A DNA stretch of 24,547 bases from a virus (Duplodnaviria; Heunggongvirae; Uroviricota; Caudoviricetes), in the IMG/VR virus record IMGVR_UViG_2706794689_000010; one strand, written 5' to 3'. The first letter of the stretch is position 1, and each line of letters begins with the position of its first letter. Below, piece after piece: positions 8,854 through 17,829 of the stretch. The notes under the pieces are model-generated. The model was not told the DNA's origin, did no database searches, and worked only from the letters and a program-made list of their open reading frames with translations. The translations under genes and the position numbers were made by a program.

Positions 8854-10164
8854 TTAAATCCGAAGTGATGTGACTCTTCCGGTCGGTTTGACAATAGGGA
8901 ATTGCTTAACGATGAAATAACCTCCGGCATCATTCGGGTGATCATTGCCAGATTTTTTATCAGGCTCCCCCTTCTCATCCCAGACCTGTTGCTCCAGAGA
9001 TTCGGCATATAACGGGCAACGCTTCACATTAACTTTATAGCGACGCTCACCATTGGCATTGCAGAACATTGCATTCATTGAGTTAACGCGATCTTTTACT
9101 GGCGGGTTCGAGCTGTTCACCACAACGTTAAAACCAGCCTGCTTAAGCTGGGCTATATCCGTCGTACTTGCGTTACTTGATTTTCTGGAATCCCCGGAAG
9201 CATCTGGATAAATATAAATTTCCCTCACTTTCCGGTAATCATTCCCATCATACAGCCAGAAGCGTTCTTTAATGATGCGGATCATATCCGGCGTATCGTA
9301 GGCATTGATGATTTCAGTTACCGCACATGGAAGCCCCAAACGCAGCACATGGACGATTCCCGCCATCTTTCCAACGTTAAAATCCATCCCAATATAAATC
9401 GGCTCCCCTGGCTGCTCCACTTCTTCGCAATTATTCAGTTTCCGGTCAAACTGATGGTAAACAGTACCACTTGTCAGGTTAGTAAACTGTCCTCGAAGAT
9501 AGGCTTTAATCAGCTCTGGAGGGTATGATTCAAGAAGCGAAGGAATGTAATCTGCTGGCAGGTTCTTTTCATTATCGAAAGTAGATGCCTGCACCAGACC
9601 ATACAGTGAGGCCAGCTCTGTTTTTTCACGCACGGCTTTAACAAACTGCTCGTAGACAAATTTGAATCCTTCCGGCGTGGTTGTAACGTCAATACCGTTG
9701 CGAAGTCCATCAATCTTATAACGCATACGTGCAATTATCTTGCGCCACGCCGTTCTGGCTTTTTCCTTCGGCAAAATGTCCAGTTCATCCACCAACGCAT
9801 TACCAATTTTGAAACCGACGATCGTTTGTGGCTTCTCCATCGATCTGCAGATAGTGGTTCCCCGATACTGGCGTCCGTAATAAAAGTGAACCTCTTTATT
9901 TCCCTCATTAATTTTTACGTTCAATCCCCAGTCAGCAGCAACTTCTTCCACTGTAGGGTAAAAAATATCGCGAATTTGGGGATACGTTGGCGCAAAATAT
10001 CCCTGATTTATACCTGGATGCTCCCAAATCCCCTTGCATATGCCGCCACACCCAACCCATGTTTTGCCCGAGCCAAAACCAGCAATATAGGCTTTAAATT
10101 TATGGGGCATTGAAAGAAATCGCGCCTGAGGCACATTAAGCGTCGGAGAGATCATCTTCATCAC
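8854..10164 (-). CDS. terminase large subunit
   Basis: 436 aa with N-terminal Walker A P-loop (AYIAGFGSGKTWVG) and acidic C-terminal nuclease-like region (DHPNDAGGYF); overlaps TerS end. Confidence 0.85.
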   Translation of the reverse strand: MMKMISPTLNVPQARFLSMPHKFKAYIAGFGSGKTWVGCGGICKGIWEHPGINQGYFAPTYPQIRDIFYPTVEEVAADWGLNVKINEGNKEVHFYYGRQYRGTTICRSMEKPQTIVGFKIGNALVDELDILPKEKARTAWRKIIARMRYKIDGLRNGIDVTTTPEGFKFVYEQFVKAVREKTELASLYGLVQASTFDNEKNLPADYIPSLLESYPPELIKAYLRGQFTNLTSGTVYHQFDRKLNNCEEVEQPGEPIYIGMDFNVGKMAGIVHVLRLGLPCAVTEIINAYDTPDMIRIIKERFWLYDGNDYRKVREIYIYPDASGDSRKSSNASTTDIAQLKQAGFNVVVNSSNPPVKDRVNSMNAMFCNANGERRYKVNVKRCPLYAESLEQQVWDEKGEPDKKSGNDHPNDAGGYFIVKQFPIVKPTGRVTSLRI

Positions 10165-11230
10165 TCCTTACTCTGGCATCAACCACATTAATATTGATCG
10201 CCACAGGCTGGGGATGTTCATTATCTTCCACCGTTTCGATCTCTTTGCGCAGCTTCTGGTTTTCCATTCTGCGCCGTTCAATTTCCAGTTCCCGTAGCCG
10301 CTTATCTGCACATAAAGCCCCGCCAGCAGAAAACAAACGCAACAATTCACGCCGGGCGGCAGCCTTATCCTCCAGCAGGATCTCAACGCCGAATTTTCCG
10401 AATTTTGCCCCTGCATATAATTGCCGCGCATCCCCATCAAGCAGAGTGGTATCAGCCATATAAAGCTGTCCCGTTCCCTCACCGCAGCACTTCGGGCAGT
10501 CCGGATTGGGTATGGCGTTATCAACAAAGCCGAGGCCTCCATATTCCGGTTCGGGTTTGCCATCTCTGGAAGCCTGCGCCGCTGCCTTGTCGAATTCTGC
10601 TATATCGCGCCACTGGTAGAGATGATTCTCGCCCCAGCAATAACGGCAGTTAACACGGCGAAATTGTGCAAGCTGATTGGGGTCGGCCAGGACAATAGCC
10701 ATCAACTGACTCACTAGTAAATCCAGGTCTGCGGTATAGCGTTTCTGGTACTGATTGCGGAAGTAGCTGATAGCGCGAAAAACCCTGGCATTTCTAAGCA
10801 TACGACTGGCGTTGCTGTTAGCTGTCGCACCTTGCCCCTCATAACCGGCTAGTCGGTACGCCTCTGTCGGCTTTTTACCCTGAGCAACAAGCATCGCAAA
10901 CTTAGCCTGCTGGTCAGAAATGCCGAATTCATCGGGACAGAACGAAAATTCCTCCGCGTCGCCCTCATTCAGGCCCGCATCGAATACTGGCTTTTTTTCC
11001 TGAGATTTTTCGTTCCGCTTTTGTGCAGTCTGCGCAGATTTTTTCTGCGCACTTTTTTGCGCAGTTTTGCACATTTCTGTCTGCGCATTTTTCGGAGTTT
11101 TTTTGATGTAACGACGGGCTGTTGCGTAATTCAGTCCCCTTGCTTCACACCATGCCACCGGAGATATACCGGAGCGGGTGTATTCAGCAATATACTCCTG
11201 CTGCAACGCCCCCCAGTCCGGTCTGCTCAT
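10136..11230 (-). CDS. terminase small subunit (HTH N-terminus, Lys/Gln-rich linker, Cys4 zinc-ribbon-like motif)
   Basis: 364 aa; N-terminal HTH-like LQQEYIAEYTRSGISPVAWCEARGLNYATARRYIKK; CRYC...CPKCC cysteine pairs; immediately upstream of and overlapping TerL. Confidence 0.55.
   Translation of the reverse strand: MSRPDWGALQQEYIAEYTRSGISPVAWCEARGLNYATARRYIKKTPKNAQTEMCKTAQKSAQKKSAQTAQKRNEKSQEKKPVFDAGLNEGDAEEFSFCPDEFGISDQQAKFAMLVAQGKKPTEAYRLAGYEGQGATANSNASRMLRNARVFRAISYFRNQYQKRYTADLDLLVSQLMAIVLADPNQLAQFRRVNCRYCWGENHLYQWRDIAEFDKAAAQASRDGKPEPEYGGLGFVDNAIPNPDCPKCCGEGTGQLYMADTTLLDGDARQLYAGAKFGKFGVEILLEDKAAARRELLRLFSAGGALCADKRLRELEIERRRMENQKLRKEIETVEDNEHPQPVAININVVDARVRSDEDDLSDA
11025..11095. repeat. 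imperfect tandem repeats (c)tgcgca-N-tttttt, about 13-bp period, 4-5 copies, inside TerS 5' region
   Basis: Plus strand 11029-11092 reads tctgcgcagattttttctgcgcacttttttgcgcagttttgc...ctgcgcattttt; encodes the AQK-type protein repeat on the minus strand. Confidence 0.5.
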
Positions 11231-11233
11231 CAG

Positions 11234-11485
11234 TTAGTCCTGATTTTTATCCACCCTGAGTAGTTCGCGCAGAGCAAAGGCATCCCCTTTTCTGGCAAGC
11301 TTAAACAATGCCGCTCGTAACTCGGCTTCACCTTTCGCTCTGCCCTTACGGATGGCCGCATAAAAATCTGTCATTGCTTCCCGATTTTCTTTCAGTCGGT
11401 TCAGATCAACATCCAGAACGTCAGCGATTTGTTGTGCAGTCATCCGGCACGCTGCCAGAGACTCGACTTTCGAATACGGAATCAT
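11234..11485 (-). CDS. small HTH DNA-binding protein upstream of terminase
   Basis: 83 aa, MIPYSKVESLAACRMTAQQIADVLDVDLNRLKENREAMTDFYAAIRKGRAKGEAELRAALFKLARKG; GGGGGTGA RBS 4 nt upstream of ATG at 11485. Confidence 0.45.
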   Translation of the reverse strand: MIPYSKVESLAACRMTAQQIADVLDVDLNRLKENREAMTDFYAAIRKGRAKGEAELRAALFKLARKGDAFALRELLRVDKNQD

Positions 11486-12114
11486 TTGTCACCCCCATTG
11501 ATATGCAGGGTGTCTTCTTCCTGTATTTTTCGTGAAGGATTTTTACTGCAGCGTTGTTCCAGGTGACCTGATGGTGAATGCGTTTATGACTGGCACCCAT
11601 AAGTGAGATTTTTACGCACGACGGCGCATACATGACGGAGTAAAAACTTTTAACGTAGGTTCCGGAATCCAGATACAGCTCGGTCATTCCGCCGCTGTTT
11701 TTCTGCGTCTGTTTCTGCCCTAACTGGACAGCACCGATCGTCATAAACAATTCACCACAGCGACCGAGATTCGTGTACGTATTCACATCCTCGTTAATGC
11801 GCCCCATGAATGAGAACGGTCGATCAACCGAACAGATAAAGCTGTTCATTGCCTTGCGTTTCACCCACGAAGCATGGCCGCCATTGTCACCAAGAAAATC
11901 CCCGCCCTGCGACATAGCGATGGAAAGAGCAGGTATTGATTCGTAGTACGCAAGCATTTCAGAAAGGATCTCATCCAGTTTCCTTATCGGGAAATAGGCC
12001 TGGTCATAGTTGCGATCCACCCGAAACTGGAACTCGTGATAATCATCATCGAGCTGAATGAAGTATTTACACCCGACCAGTTTTGCCTGGTCGAAACAGG
12101 CATTACGGGCGTAA
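11421..12114 (-). CDS. hypothetical protein with DxD-like motif (FIQLDDDY); N-terminus hidden in N block 12115-12370
   Basis: Frame is open from the mask edge: ...YARNACFDQAKLVGCKYFIQLDDDYHEFQFRVDRNYDQAYFPIRKLDEILSEMLAYYESIPALSIAMSQGGDFLGDNGG...; the GTG start given by the track is internal. Confidence 0.4.
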
Positions 12115-12370
12115 NNNNNNNNNNNNNNNNNNNNNNNNNNNNNNNNNNNNNNNNNNNNNNNNNNNNNNNNNNNNNNNNNNNNNNNNNNNNNNNNNNNNNN
12201 NNNNNNNNNNNNNNNNNNNNNNNNNNNNNNNNNNNNNNNNNNNNNNNNNNNNNNNNNNNNNNNNNNNNNNNNNNNNNNNNNNNNNNNNNNNNNNNNNNNN
12301 NNNNNNNNNNNNNNNNNNNNNNNNNNNNNNNNNNNNNNNNNNNNNNNNNNNNNNNNNNNNNNNNNNNNNN

Positions 12371-12842
12371 CTCCCCGCCATGCATGATCTCCACCATGCG
12401 CTGCGTCATTCGGACAAATCCATTTTCAATAGCCTGCTGATAATCAATGATCACCAGCGCCGACTCCTCGAAAAGGCACTGAATTTCAGCGGGGGCATGA
12501 GCGTAATAGTCCGCAATTCTGCTGAAATTAAACACCGTGTGACGTTCTGCTGCACACAGGAGGAATTTCTCAATATCAGGATCAAGGGACGCCGAACGTA
12601 TCCGGCTGATCAGCTCCTGAGTTTTCGTATCGTCGTACAGTTCACTGATATCCGGTTTACCGCCTGACGGCTCATAAACAGGCGTATCAATTTTCGTCGT
12701 ATACGGCTCCTCCTCATTTCCTGTACCGGGCAAAACATCCGTCAACAGTTCATCAATTTCTGCCGGGATGAAGCCTGTCAGGGAGACATCAAAATCAGCA
12801 TTGATTAGGTCCGACAGCTCCATCCGCAACAGATCTTCATCC
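12371..12842 (-). CDS. hypothetical protein (both ends in N blocks)
   Basis: Open frame ...DEDLLRMELSDLINADFDVSLTGFIPAEIDELLTDVLPGTGNEEEPYTTKIDTPVYEPSGGKPDISELYDD...VRMTQRMVEIMHGGE; the TTG start given by the track is internal. Confidence 0.35.
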
Positions 12843-13142
12843 NNNNNNNNNNNNNNNNNNNNNNNNNNNNNNNNNNNNNNNNNNNNNNNNNNNNNNNNNN
12901 NNNNNNNNNNNNNNNNNNNNNNNNNNNNNNNNNNNNNNNNNNNNNNNNNNNNNNNNNNNNNNNNNNNNNNNNNNNNNNNNNNNNNNNNNNNNNNNNNNNN
13001 NNNNNNNNNNNNNNNNNNNNNNNNNNNNNNNNNNNNNNNNNNNNNNNNNNNNNNNNNNNNNNNNNNNNNNNNNNNNNNNNNNNNNNNNNNNNGGTGACAA
13101 TTCTTGTAATGGGCGATAGACTATCTTTAATTTCTCGCTCAT
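12837..13142 (-). CDS. ParB-like nuclease-domain protein, N-terminal gene or gene fragment
   Basis: ATG at 13142 with AAGG upstream; MSEKLKIVYRPLQELSP... resembles the start of ParB/Srx-fold nuclease domains; the rest is masked and the frame stops at 12837, out of frame with the downstream ORF. Confidence 0.3.
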   Translation of the reverse strand: MSEKLKIVYRPLQELSXXXXXXXXXXXXXXXXXXXXXXXXXXXXXXXXXXXXXXXXXXXXXXXXXXXXXXXXXXXXXXXXXXXXXXXXXXXXXXXXXXXXG

Positions 13143-13279
13143 ACAGCCTTGCTTTATGAATAAAACGCACCCCAGCAGCCAGTGCTACTGGGGGCGGAGG
13201 TGTTGCTGGTAAAGTTAGGTATTGGATCAATGAGTGAGTCAACATAATATTAAACTCACAATTATAAATCAGCCATATA

Positions 13280-14632
13280 TTAGGAGCGCCAAAAAAAACC
13301 TGAAAACAATATAATAACAGGATAAATTTCAAGGCGACCAAGAATCATAGCTATGCACATTAAATATTTTGCAATGTCATTAAGCACTCCGAATGACGAT
13401 GCAGTAGCCCCAAAACCTAATCCCATATTATTAATACATGCAGCCACTGTTGCAAATGATGTAAGAAAATCATATCCCATACCATTTAACACCAGTATAA
13501 AAAACACCGTGAAGAGAGTATAAAGAAAAAAGAAACTCCATACAGACCTCATTACACGATCTGTAACTATCTTCCCTCCTACATTTACACTCAACAACGC
13601 TCTGGGATGAGAAAGCTGATTTATCTCGTGTTTGCTTTGTTTGAAAAGTATAAGAAATCGAAGTGACTTAATTCCACCACAGGTTGAACCTATACATCCC
13701 CCAAAGAAACTTGACAACAGCAAAAACACTATCGTGTGCGTGGGCCAGTTTGCATAATCCTGCGTAGCTAAACCATTATCAGTGAGCATGGAGCTGGCAA
13801 GAAAAAACGAATGAATAAAACTTCCATGCAAGTCATACATACCTATATGCCAGACCTGGAAAGAGGTAACAATGATCACCCCTAAGGCTATTAACAGAAA
13901 GAAACGAAGTTCAATATCTCTGATTAAAGGTTTTATCGTTTTTCTGCTAATAACAATATACCAAAGAGTGAAGTTGAAAGCCGATAGCAGGGAAAAAGAA
14001 CCAGCCACCAGCTCAACCAAATAGTTATTAAAATATCCGATACTCTCGCTATGAGTTGAGAAACCACCAAGCGAAACTGTGGAAATCCCGTGACAAATAG
14101 CATCAAACAAAGGCATTCCTGCAAGTCTATAACAGACAATACAAGCAATACCTAATAAAGAATAAGTTATCCACAGTGTCCGTGACGTATCGGCCAGGCG
14201 GGGAGTGAGTTTGTCATCCTTAAATGGCCCCGGCATTTCTGACTGATAAAGCTTTGCACCACCAATACCCAATAATGGCAATACTGCAACCGCCAGAACA
14301 ATAACTCCTAAACCACCTATAAAATTTAACTGTGACCGATAGTACAAATATGCCCGAGGTAATGAACTAACATCATCAATTACAGTTGCTCCTGTTGTTG
14401 TTATTCCAGAAACCCCTTCAAACAGAGCATCAATGAACGTTAAATTAAGTTCTGAGTCAATCCATAAAGGGAATGCACTAATAACAGAAAACAAAATCCA
14501 AAACATTACAATTATAATAAACCCATCACGGGTACGTAATTGAATGCCAGATTTCTTAGTTGTATACCACGCTCCGCCACCAATGCAAAAAAATATAACG
14601 AAAGTTATAAAGAAAACGAACAGGCTTTTTTC
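13280..14632 (-). CDS. trkG: Trk-system K+ uptake protein TrkG/TrkH family (N-terminus in N block 14633-14885)
   Basis: Polytopic membrane protein with repeated pore-loop glycine motifs (SGITTTGATV, GGLGVIVLAVAVLPLLGIGGAKLYQSEMPGP, GGFSTH, FGGCIGSTCGGIKSLRFLILFKQ) typical of TrkH/TrkG; A/T-rich codon usage; sits directly downstream of Rz/Rz1 as trkG does in Rac. Confidence 0.8.
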   Translation of the reverse strand, partial: EKSLFVFFITFVIFFCIGGGAWYTTKKSGIQLRTRDGFIIIVMFWILFSVISAFPLWIDSELNLTFIDALFEGVSGITTTGATVIDDVSSLPRAYLYYRSQLNFIGGLGVIVLAVAVLPLLGIGGAKLYQSEMPGPFKDDKLTPRLADTSRTLWITYSLLGIACIVCYRLAGMPLFDAICHGISTVSLGGFSTHSESIGYFNNYLVELVAGSFSLLSAFNFTLWYIVISRKTIKPLIRDIELRFFLLIALGVIIVTSFQVWHIGMYDLHGSFIHSFFLASSMLTDNGLATQDYANWPTHTIVFLLLSSFFGGCIGSTCGGIKSLRFLILFKQSKHEINQLSHPRALLSVNVGGKIVTDRVMRSVWSFFFLYTLFTVFFILVLNGMGYDFLTSFATVAACINNMGLGFGATASSFGVLNDIAKYLMCIAMILGRLEIYPVIILFSGFFWRS

Positions 14633-14886
14633 NNNNNNNNNNNNNNNNNNNNNNNNNNNNNNNNNNNNNNNNNNNNNNNNNNNNNNNNNNNNNNNNNNNN
14701 NNNNNNNNNNNNNNNNNNNNNNNNNNNNNNNNNNNNNNNNNNNNNNNNNNNNNNNNNNNNNNNNNNNNNNNNNNNNNNNNNNNNNNNNNNNNNNNNNNNN
14801 NNNNNNNNNNNNNNNNNNNNNNNNNNNNNNNNNNNNNNNNNNNNNNNNNNNNNNNNNNNNNNNNNNNNNNNNNNNNNNNNNNNNNT

Positions 14887-15351
14887 TTACTTTAAACACT
14901 GCTCGGTTATGTATTGCTGAGCACCTTCAAGTTGGGCCTGCATCATTACCAGTCGTTCCCGGAGGGTGAAATAATCCCGTTCAGCGGTGTCTGCCAGTCG
15001 GGGGGAGGCTGCATTATCCACGCCGGAGGCGGTGGTGGCTTCACGCACTGACTGACAGACTGCTTTGATGTGCAACCGACGACGACCAGCGGCAACATCA
15101 TCACGCAGAGCATCATTTTCAGCTTTCGCATCAGCTAACTCCTTCGTGTATTTTGCATCGAGCGCAGCAACATCACGCTGACGCATCTGCATGTCAGTAA
15201 TTGCCGCGTTCGCCAGCTTCAGTTCTCTGGCATTTTTGTCGCGCTGGGCTTTGTAGGTAATGGCGTTATCACGGTAATGATTAACAGCCCATGACAGGCA
15301 GACGATGATGCAGATAACCAGAGCGGAGATAATCGCGGTTACTCTGTTCAT
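14887..15351 (-). CDS. Rz: Rz i-spanin
   Basis: [68 protein letters not shown]... is near-identical to lambda Rz as recalled; N-terminal TM segment; start overlaps the endolysin stop. Confidence 0.9.
   Translation of the reverse strand: MNRVTAIISALVICIIVCLSWAVNHYRDNAITYKAQRDKNARELKLANAAITDMQMRQRDVAALDAKYTKELADAKAENDALRDDVAAGRRRLHIKAVCQSVREATTASGVDNAASPRLADTAERDYFTLRERLVMMQAQLEGAQQYITEQCLK
14946..15131 (-). CDS. Rz1: Rz1 o-spanin lipoprotein (embedded in Rz, +1 frame)
   Basis: [57 protein letters not shown]: lipobox VVGC plus proline-rich stretch, matching lambda Rz1. Confidence 0.85.
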   Translation of the reverse strand: MRKLKMMLCVMMLPLVVVGCTSKQSVSQCVKPPPPPAWIMQPPPDWQTPLNGIISPSGNDW

Positions 15352-15845
15352 TGCTGACCCCACAAACAGATTTCACGCTCAATCTCACGACGAGTCATGA
15401 GACCTTTCCATTGCTTACCGCCAGCATATGTCCAGCGACGTAGCTGATCACATGCGCCTTTGATATCGCCCTGGTTTATTTTGCGAAGAAGCGTCGATGT
15501 TCTGAAATTACCAGCACCCACGTTGTAAACGAACGAGTAAAGAGCGCCGCGCGTTGTTTCCGGTATATCGACTTTGATGTACGGGTTAATTTGTCTGGCG
15601 ACAGTGGCAAGGTCTTTATTCAAGAGTGTTTTGCATTCTGCTTTGGTATACGTTTTACCGAGCATGATGTCTTTTCCTGTATGCCCGTGACATACAGTCC
15701 ATACACCAACAATATCTTTGTATGGTATGTAGCTGACACCTTCCAGACCATCGTTACCACTTGGGCCAGTGATTAACACTGATGCTATAGCAATTGCTCC
15801 GCCACCAATAGCAGCAGCAACGACTTTTCGTAATGATGGAGGCAT
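15348..15845 (-). CDS. R: SAR endolysin (phage 21 R-type lysozyme)
   Basis: [44 protein letters not shown]...: Gly/Ala-rich N-terminal signal-arrest-release segment followed by a lysozyme domain; start overlaps holin stop. Confidence 0.9.
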   Translation of the reverse strand: MPPSLRKVVAAAIGGGAIAIASVLITGPSGNDGLEGVSYIPYKDIVGVWTVCHGHTGKDIMLGKTYTKAECKTLLNKDLATVARQINPYIKVDIPETTRGALYSFVYNVGAGNFRTSTLLRKINQGDIKGACDQLRRWTYAGGKQWKGLMTRREIEREICLWGQQ

Positions 15846-16060
15846 TATTCACCTCTCGCAGCCTTGCGCTTATCTTCTTTAATCTTGAAATAAAGGTTTG
15901 TCAGGTACGTCAGCAGGCCAAATACCAGACTACCCAGCACACCGATTGCAGCCCACTGTGACGGAGTTACTCTATCGAGCAACTGTAAAAACCAGTAGCC
16001 AGCACTGCCTGCGGAGGTGCCGTAGGCAATGCCTGTTGAAATTTTGTCCATGGATTTCAT
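15845..16060 (-). CDS. S: class II holin / pinholin (phage 21 S-type) with dual-start motif MKSM
   Basis: 71 aa [71 protein letters not shown]; two TM segments; GGAGG RBS; the track's longer N-terminal extension has no RBS. Confidence 0.9.
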   Translation of the reverse strand: MKSMDKISTGIAYGTSAGSAGYWFLQLLDRVTPSQWAAIGVLGSLVFGLLTYLTNLYFKIKEDKRKAARGE

Positions 16061-16162
16061 AGCCTCACCTCCGCACGGAACGGATGGCATAGTTATTATG
16101 TGTAGGCTTTCAGACACATCAATCAGAGCCTTAATTGATATATATGCTGGAGACGATGCAAT

Positions 16163-16187
16163 ATAAAAAGCTCGCCGTAGCGAGCTA
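16163..16187 (-). terminator. rho-independent terminator downstream of the TolA-domain gene pair
   Basis: Stem gctcgc/gcgagc (16170-16175 / 16180-16185) with cgta loop; U-run follows on the minus-strand transcript. Confidence 0.5.
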
Positions 16188-16311
16188 ATAAAATGTATTT
16201 CTCTGATATTATGTTTATTTGTATTAGCTCAGACTTGACATCACAGGTTTCGTATATAGAACATCATCAAATCTGTCAGTTTGCTATGAATGAGATATAG
16301 TAATTGAAGAG

Positions 16312-16551
16312 CTAACCTCGCATGTCAAAGCCAGATTTCTGAAAATCTCTGTAGACTTCCGGATTGTTGAAGGCCGGAAATTTGGCTTTATGAGCTGCGG
16401 ACTTTATCGCTTCGCAATAGGCTTTATCACCGTTACTGGTAGATATTTTTAACGCCGTGCCATCCTGAGAGAATTCCATATGCAACCTGCATTTTTTCCC
16501 TTTCCAGTTATGCGGCTCATCAAGTTTGGCATTAATTGCAGCTCTGATTCC
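16312..16551 (-). CDS. TolA C-terminal (domain III)-like protein, second copy; N-terminus hidden in N block
   Basis: Visible C-terminal 79 aa GIRAAINAKLDEPHNWKGKKCRLHMEFSQDGTALKISTSNGDKAYCEAIKSAAHKAKFPAFNNPEVYRDFQ align with the TolA domain III pattern (GK.C.L......G.L......GD...C.A...A..KA..P....VY..F). Confidence 0.55.
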   Translation of the reverse strand, partial: GIRAAINAKLDEPHNWKGKKCRLHMEFSQDGTALKISTSNGDKAYCEAIKSAAHKAKFPAFNNPEVYRDFQKSGFDMRG

Positions 16552-16804
16552 NNNNNNNNNNNNNNNNNNNNNNNNNNNNNNNNNNNNNNNNNNNNNNNNN
16601 NNNNNNNNNNNNNNNNNNNNNNNNNNNNNNNNNNNNNNNNNNNNNNNNNNNNNNNNNNNNNNNNNNNNNNNNNNNNNNNNNNNNNNNNNNNNNNNNNNNN
16701 NNNNNNNNNNNNNNNNNNNNNNNNNNNNNNNNNNNNNNNNNNNNNNNNNNNNNNNNNNNNNNNNNNNNNNNNNNNNNNNNNNNNNNNNNNNNNNNNNNNN
16801 NNNN

Positions 16805-17212
16805 CCCATTTTGAAATACTTTATATACTTCCGGCGAAGGGGGGGCAGGTATATCAGCATTCTTTATCGCATTCATCGCTTCACGACATAAATCGAGGTC
16901 TCCACTTTCTCTTTTAACCTCCAGTAGAAGGCCATTCGGGGCCATATGCATTCTCAGTGTACACTCTTTTCCTGAATACTTACTCGCATCCCCGAACTGT
17001 TTTTCGATGGCGCTCTTGATTTGATGGGCATACAGACGGATATCCTCACTAACATCAGAAGTACGTTCAGATGAACTCACATACTGTGTCTCTATTGCTT
17101 TATCGGAGTAATATGATGTACGGTCATGATAATTTGTCGATACAGCATCAGTGCACCCGATAATAATCCCACTAATAATCAACGTAAGAATTGATGCGCT
17201 ACGAAAACCCAT
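16805..17212 (-). CDS. lipoprotein with TolA C-terminal (domain III)-like domain; C-terminus hidden in N block
   Basis: Signal peptide and lipobox MGFRSASILTLIISGIIIGC; then LYAHQIKSAIEKQFGDASKYSGKECTLRMHMAPNGLLLEVKRESGDLDLCREAMNAIKNADIPAPPSPEVYKVFQNG, which matches the remembered E. coli TolA C-terminus (YAGQIKSAIESKFYDASSYAGKTCTLRIKLAPDGMLLDIKPEGGDPALCQAALAAAKLAKIPKPPSQAVYEVFKN); GAGGAAAA RBS. Confidence 0.65.
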
Positions 17213-17241
17213 TTTTCCTCACATATGTCATATAGTAAAGG

Positions 17242-17271
17242 ATTATATATACCGTTGTTTTGGACGCTCAA
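17242..17271 (-). promoter_or_regulatory. candidate sigma70 promoter for the TolA-domain genes
   Basis: On the minus strand TTGAGC (plus 17266-17271), 18-bp spacer, TATAAT (plus 17242-17247), about 30 nt upstream of the ATG at 17212. Confidence 0.3.
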
Positions 17272-17801
17272 ACAGCGAATCAGATCAAATAAAACGCACA
17301 TTTGTTAACATTTACACAAAGTCTGCGTGGGATATTCTGAAAGAATATCCATAATGTGGAGAGAATCTATTGAAGTGCATGGTGCCGGGTGCCTCCCGGT
17401 GAACAAAATGTTCGTGATACCTGTCGGCGACAGAAAAGGTTAATGGTATCACCCCACCGCACAGGGGGATTCACCATGCAGGAGTTTTCTTAGCAAACTC
17501 ACTGCGCGCCCGGCAACTCCCAACCACATAAAATGCGGAGTTTGTGGCATTTATGCATATAACTCGCAGGAATTATCTTAAAAAACTGATGTCGATCCGG
17601 ATTAAAAAGAAGCAGGTCATCATCAGATGACTGGAAAAAAGGAAAACAAAAAATACTCATCATACAGTTTTGATTGCAGGGATGAGCCTGCTATGCACAA
17701 TATGCAGAATATAAGCAAGATAAAAATATGCAGGCATATTATTTCGGATCTTGTTATTAACACAACCTTTTTAATAATCATTTGGCATACAATAAACCAG
17801 C

Positions 17802-17829
17802 CCAAAAAGAACCGCCTAAACAGGCGGTT
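17802..17829 (-). terminator. rho-independent terminator inside the Q-S intergenic region
   Basis: Stem aaccgcc/ggcggtt (17810-17816 / 17823-17829) with 6-nt loop; cuuuuu follows on the minus-strand transcript only. Confidence 0.4.

Noticed and set aside
4786-10717. Antisense or out-of-frame ORFs within capsid, scaffold, Mu-F-like, portal, TerL and TerS genes (for example 4786-5097, 5416-5778, 5496-5753, 5610-5840, 6340-7032, 7600-8677, 9510-9734, 9826-10113, 10168-10717)
   Set aside because: They are fully embedded in well-supported genes on the other strand or frame and lack start signals.
16061-16117. N-terminal extension of the holin ORF ([19 protein letters not shown])
   Set aside because: The GGAGG RBS sits immediately upstream of the MKSM dual-start motif, so the 71-aa form is the biological product.
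16805-16860. Start MLIYLPPLRRKYIKYFKM proposed for the second TolA-like ORF
   Set aside because: It lies inside the coding region of the first TolA-like gene in another frame; the real start of the second gene must be in the masked block.
17355-17620. Possible tRNA genes in the Q-S region (Stx phages carry tRNAs here)
   Set aside because: No cloverleaf with a conserved T-loop (GTTCRANNC) or acceptor-stem pairing could be found by eye; only short hairpins are present.
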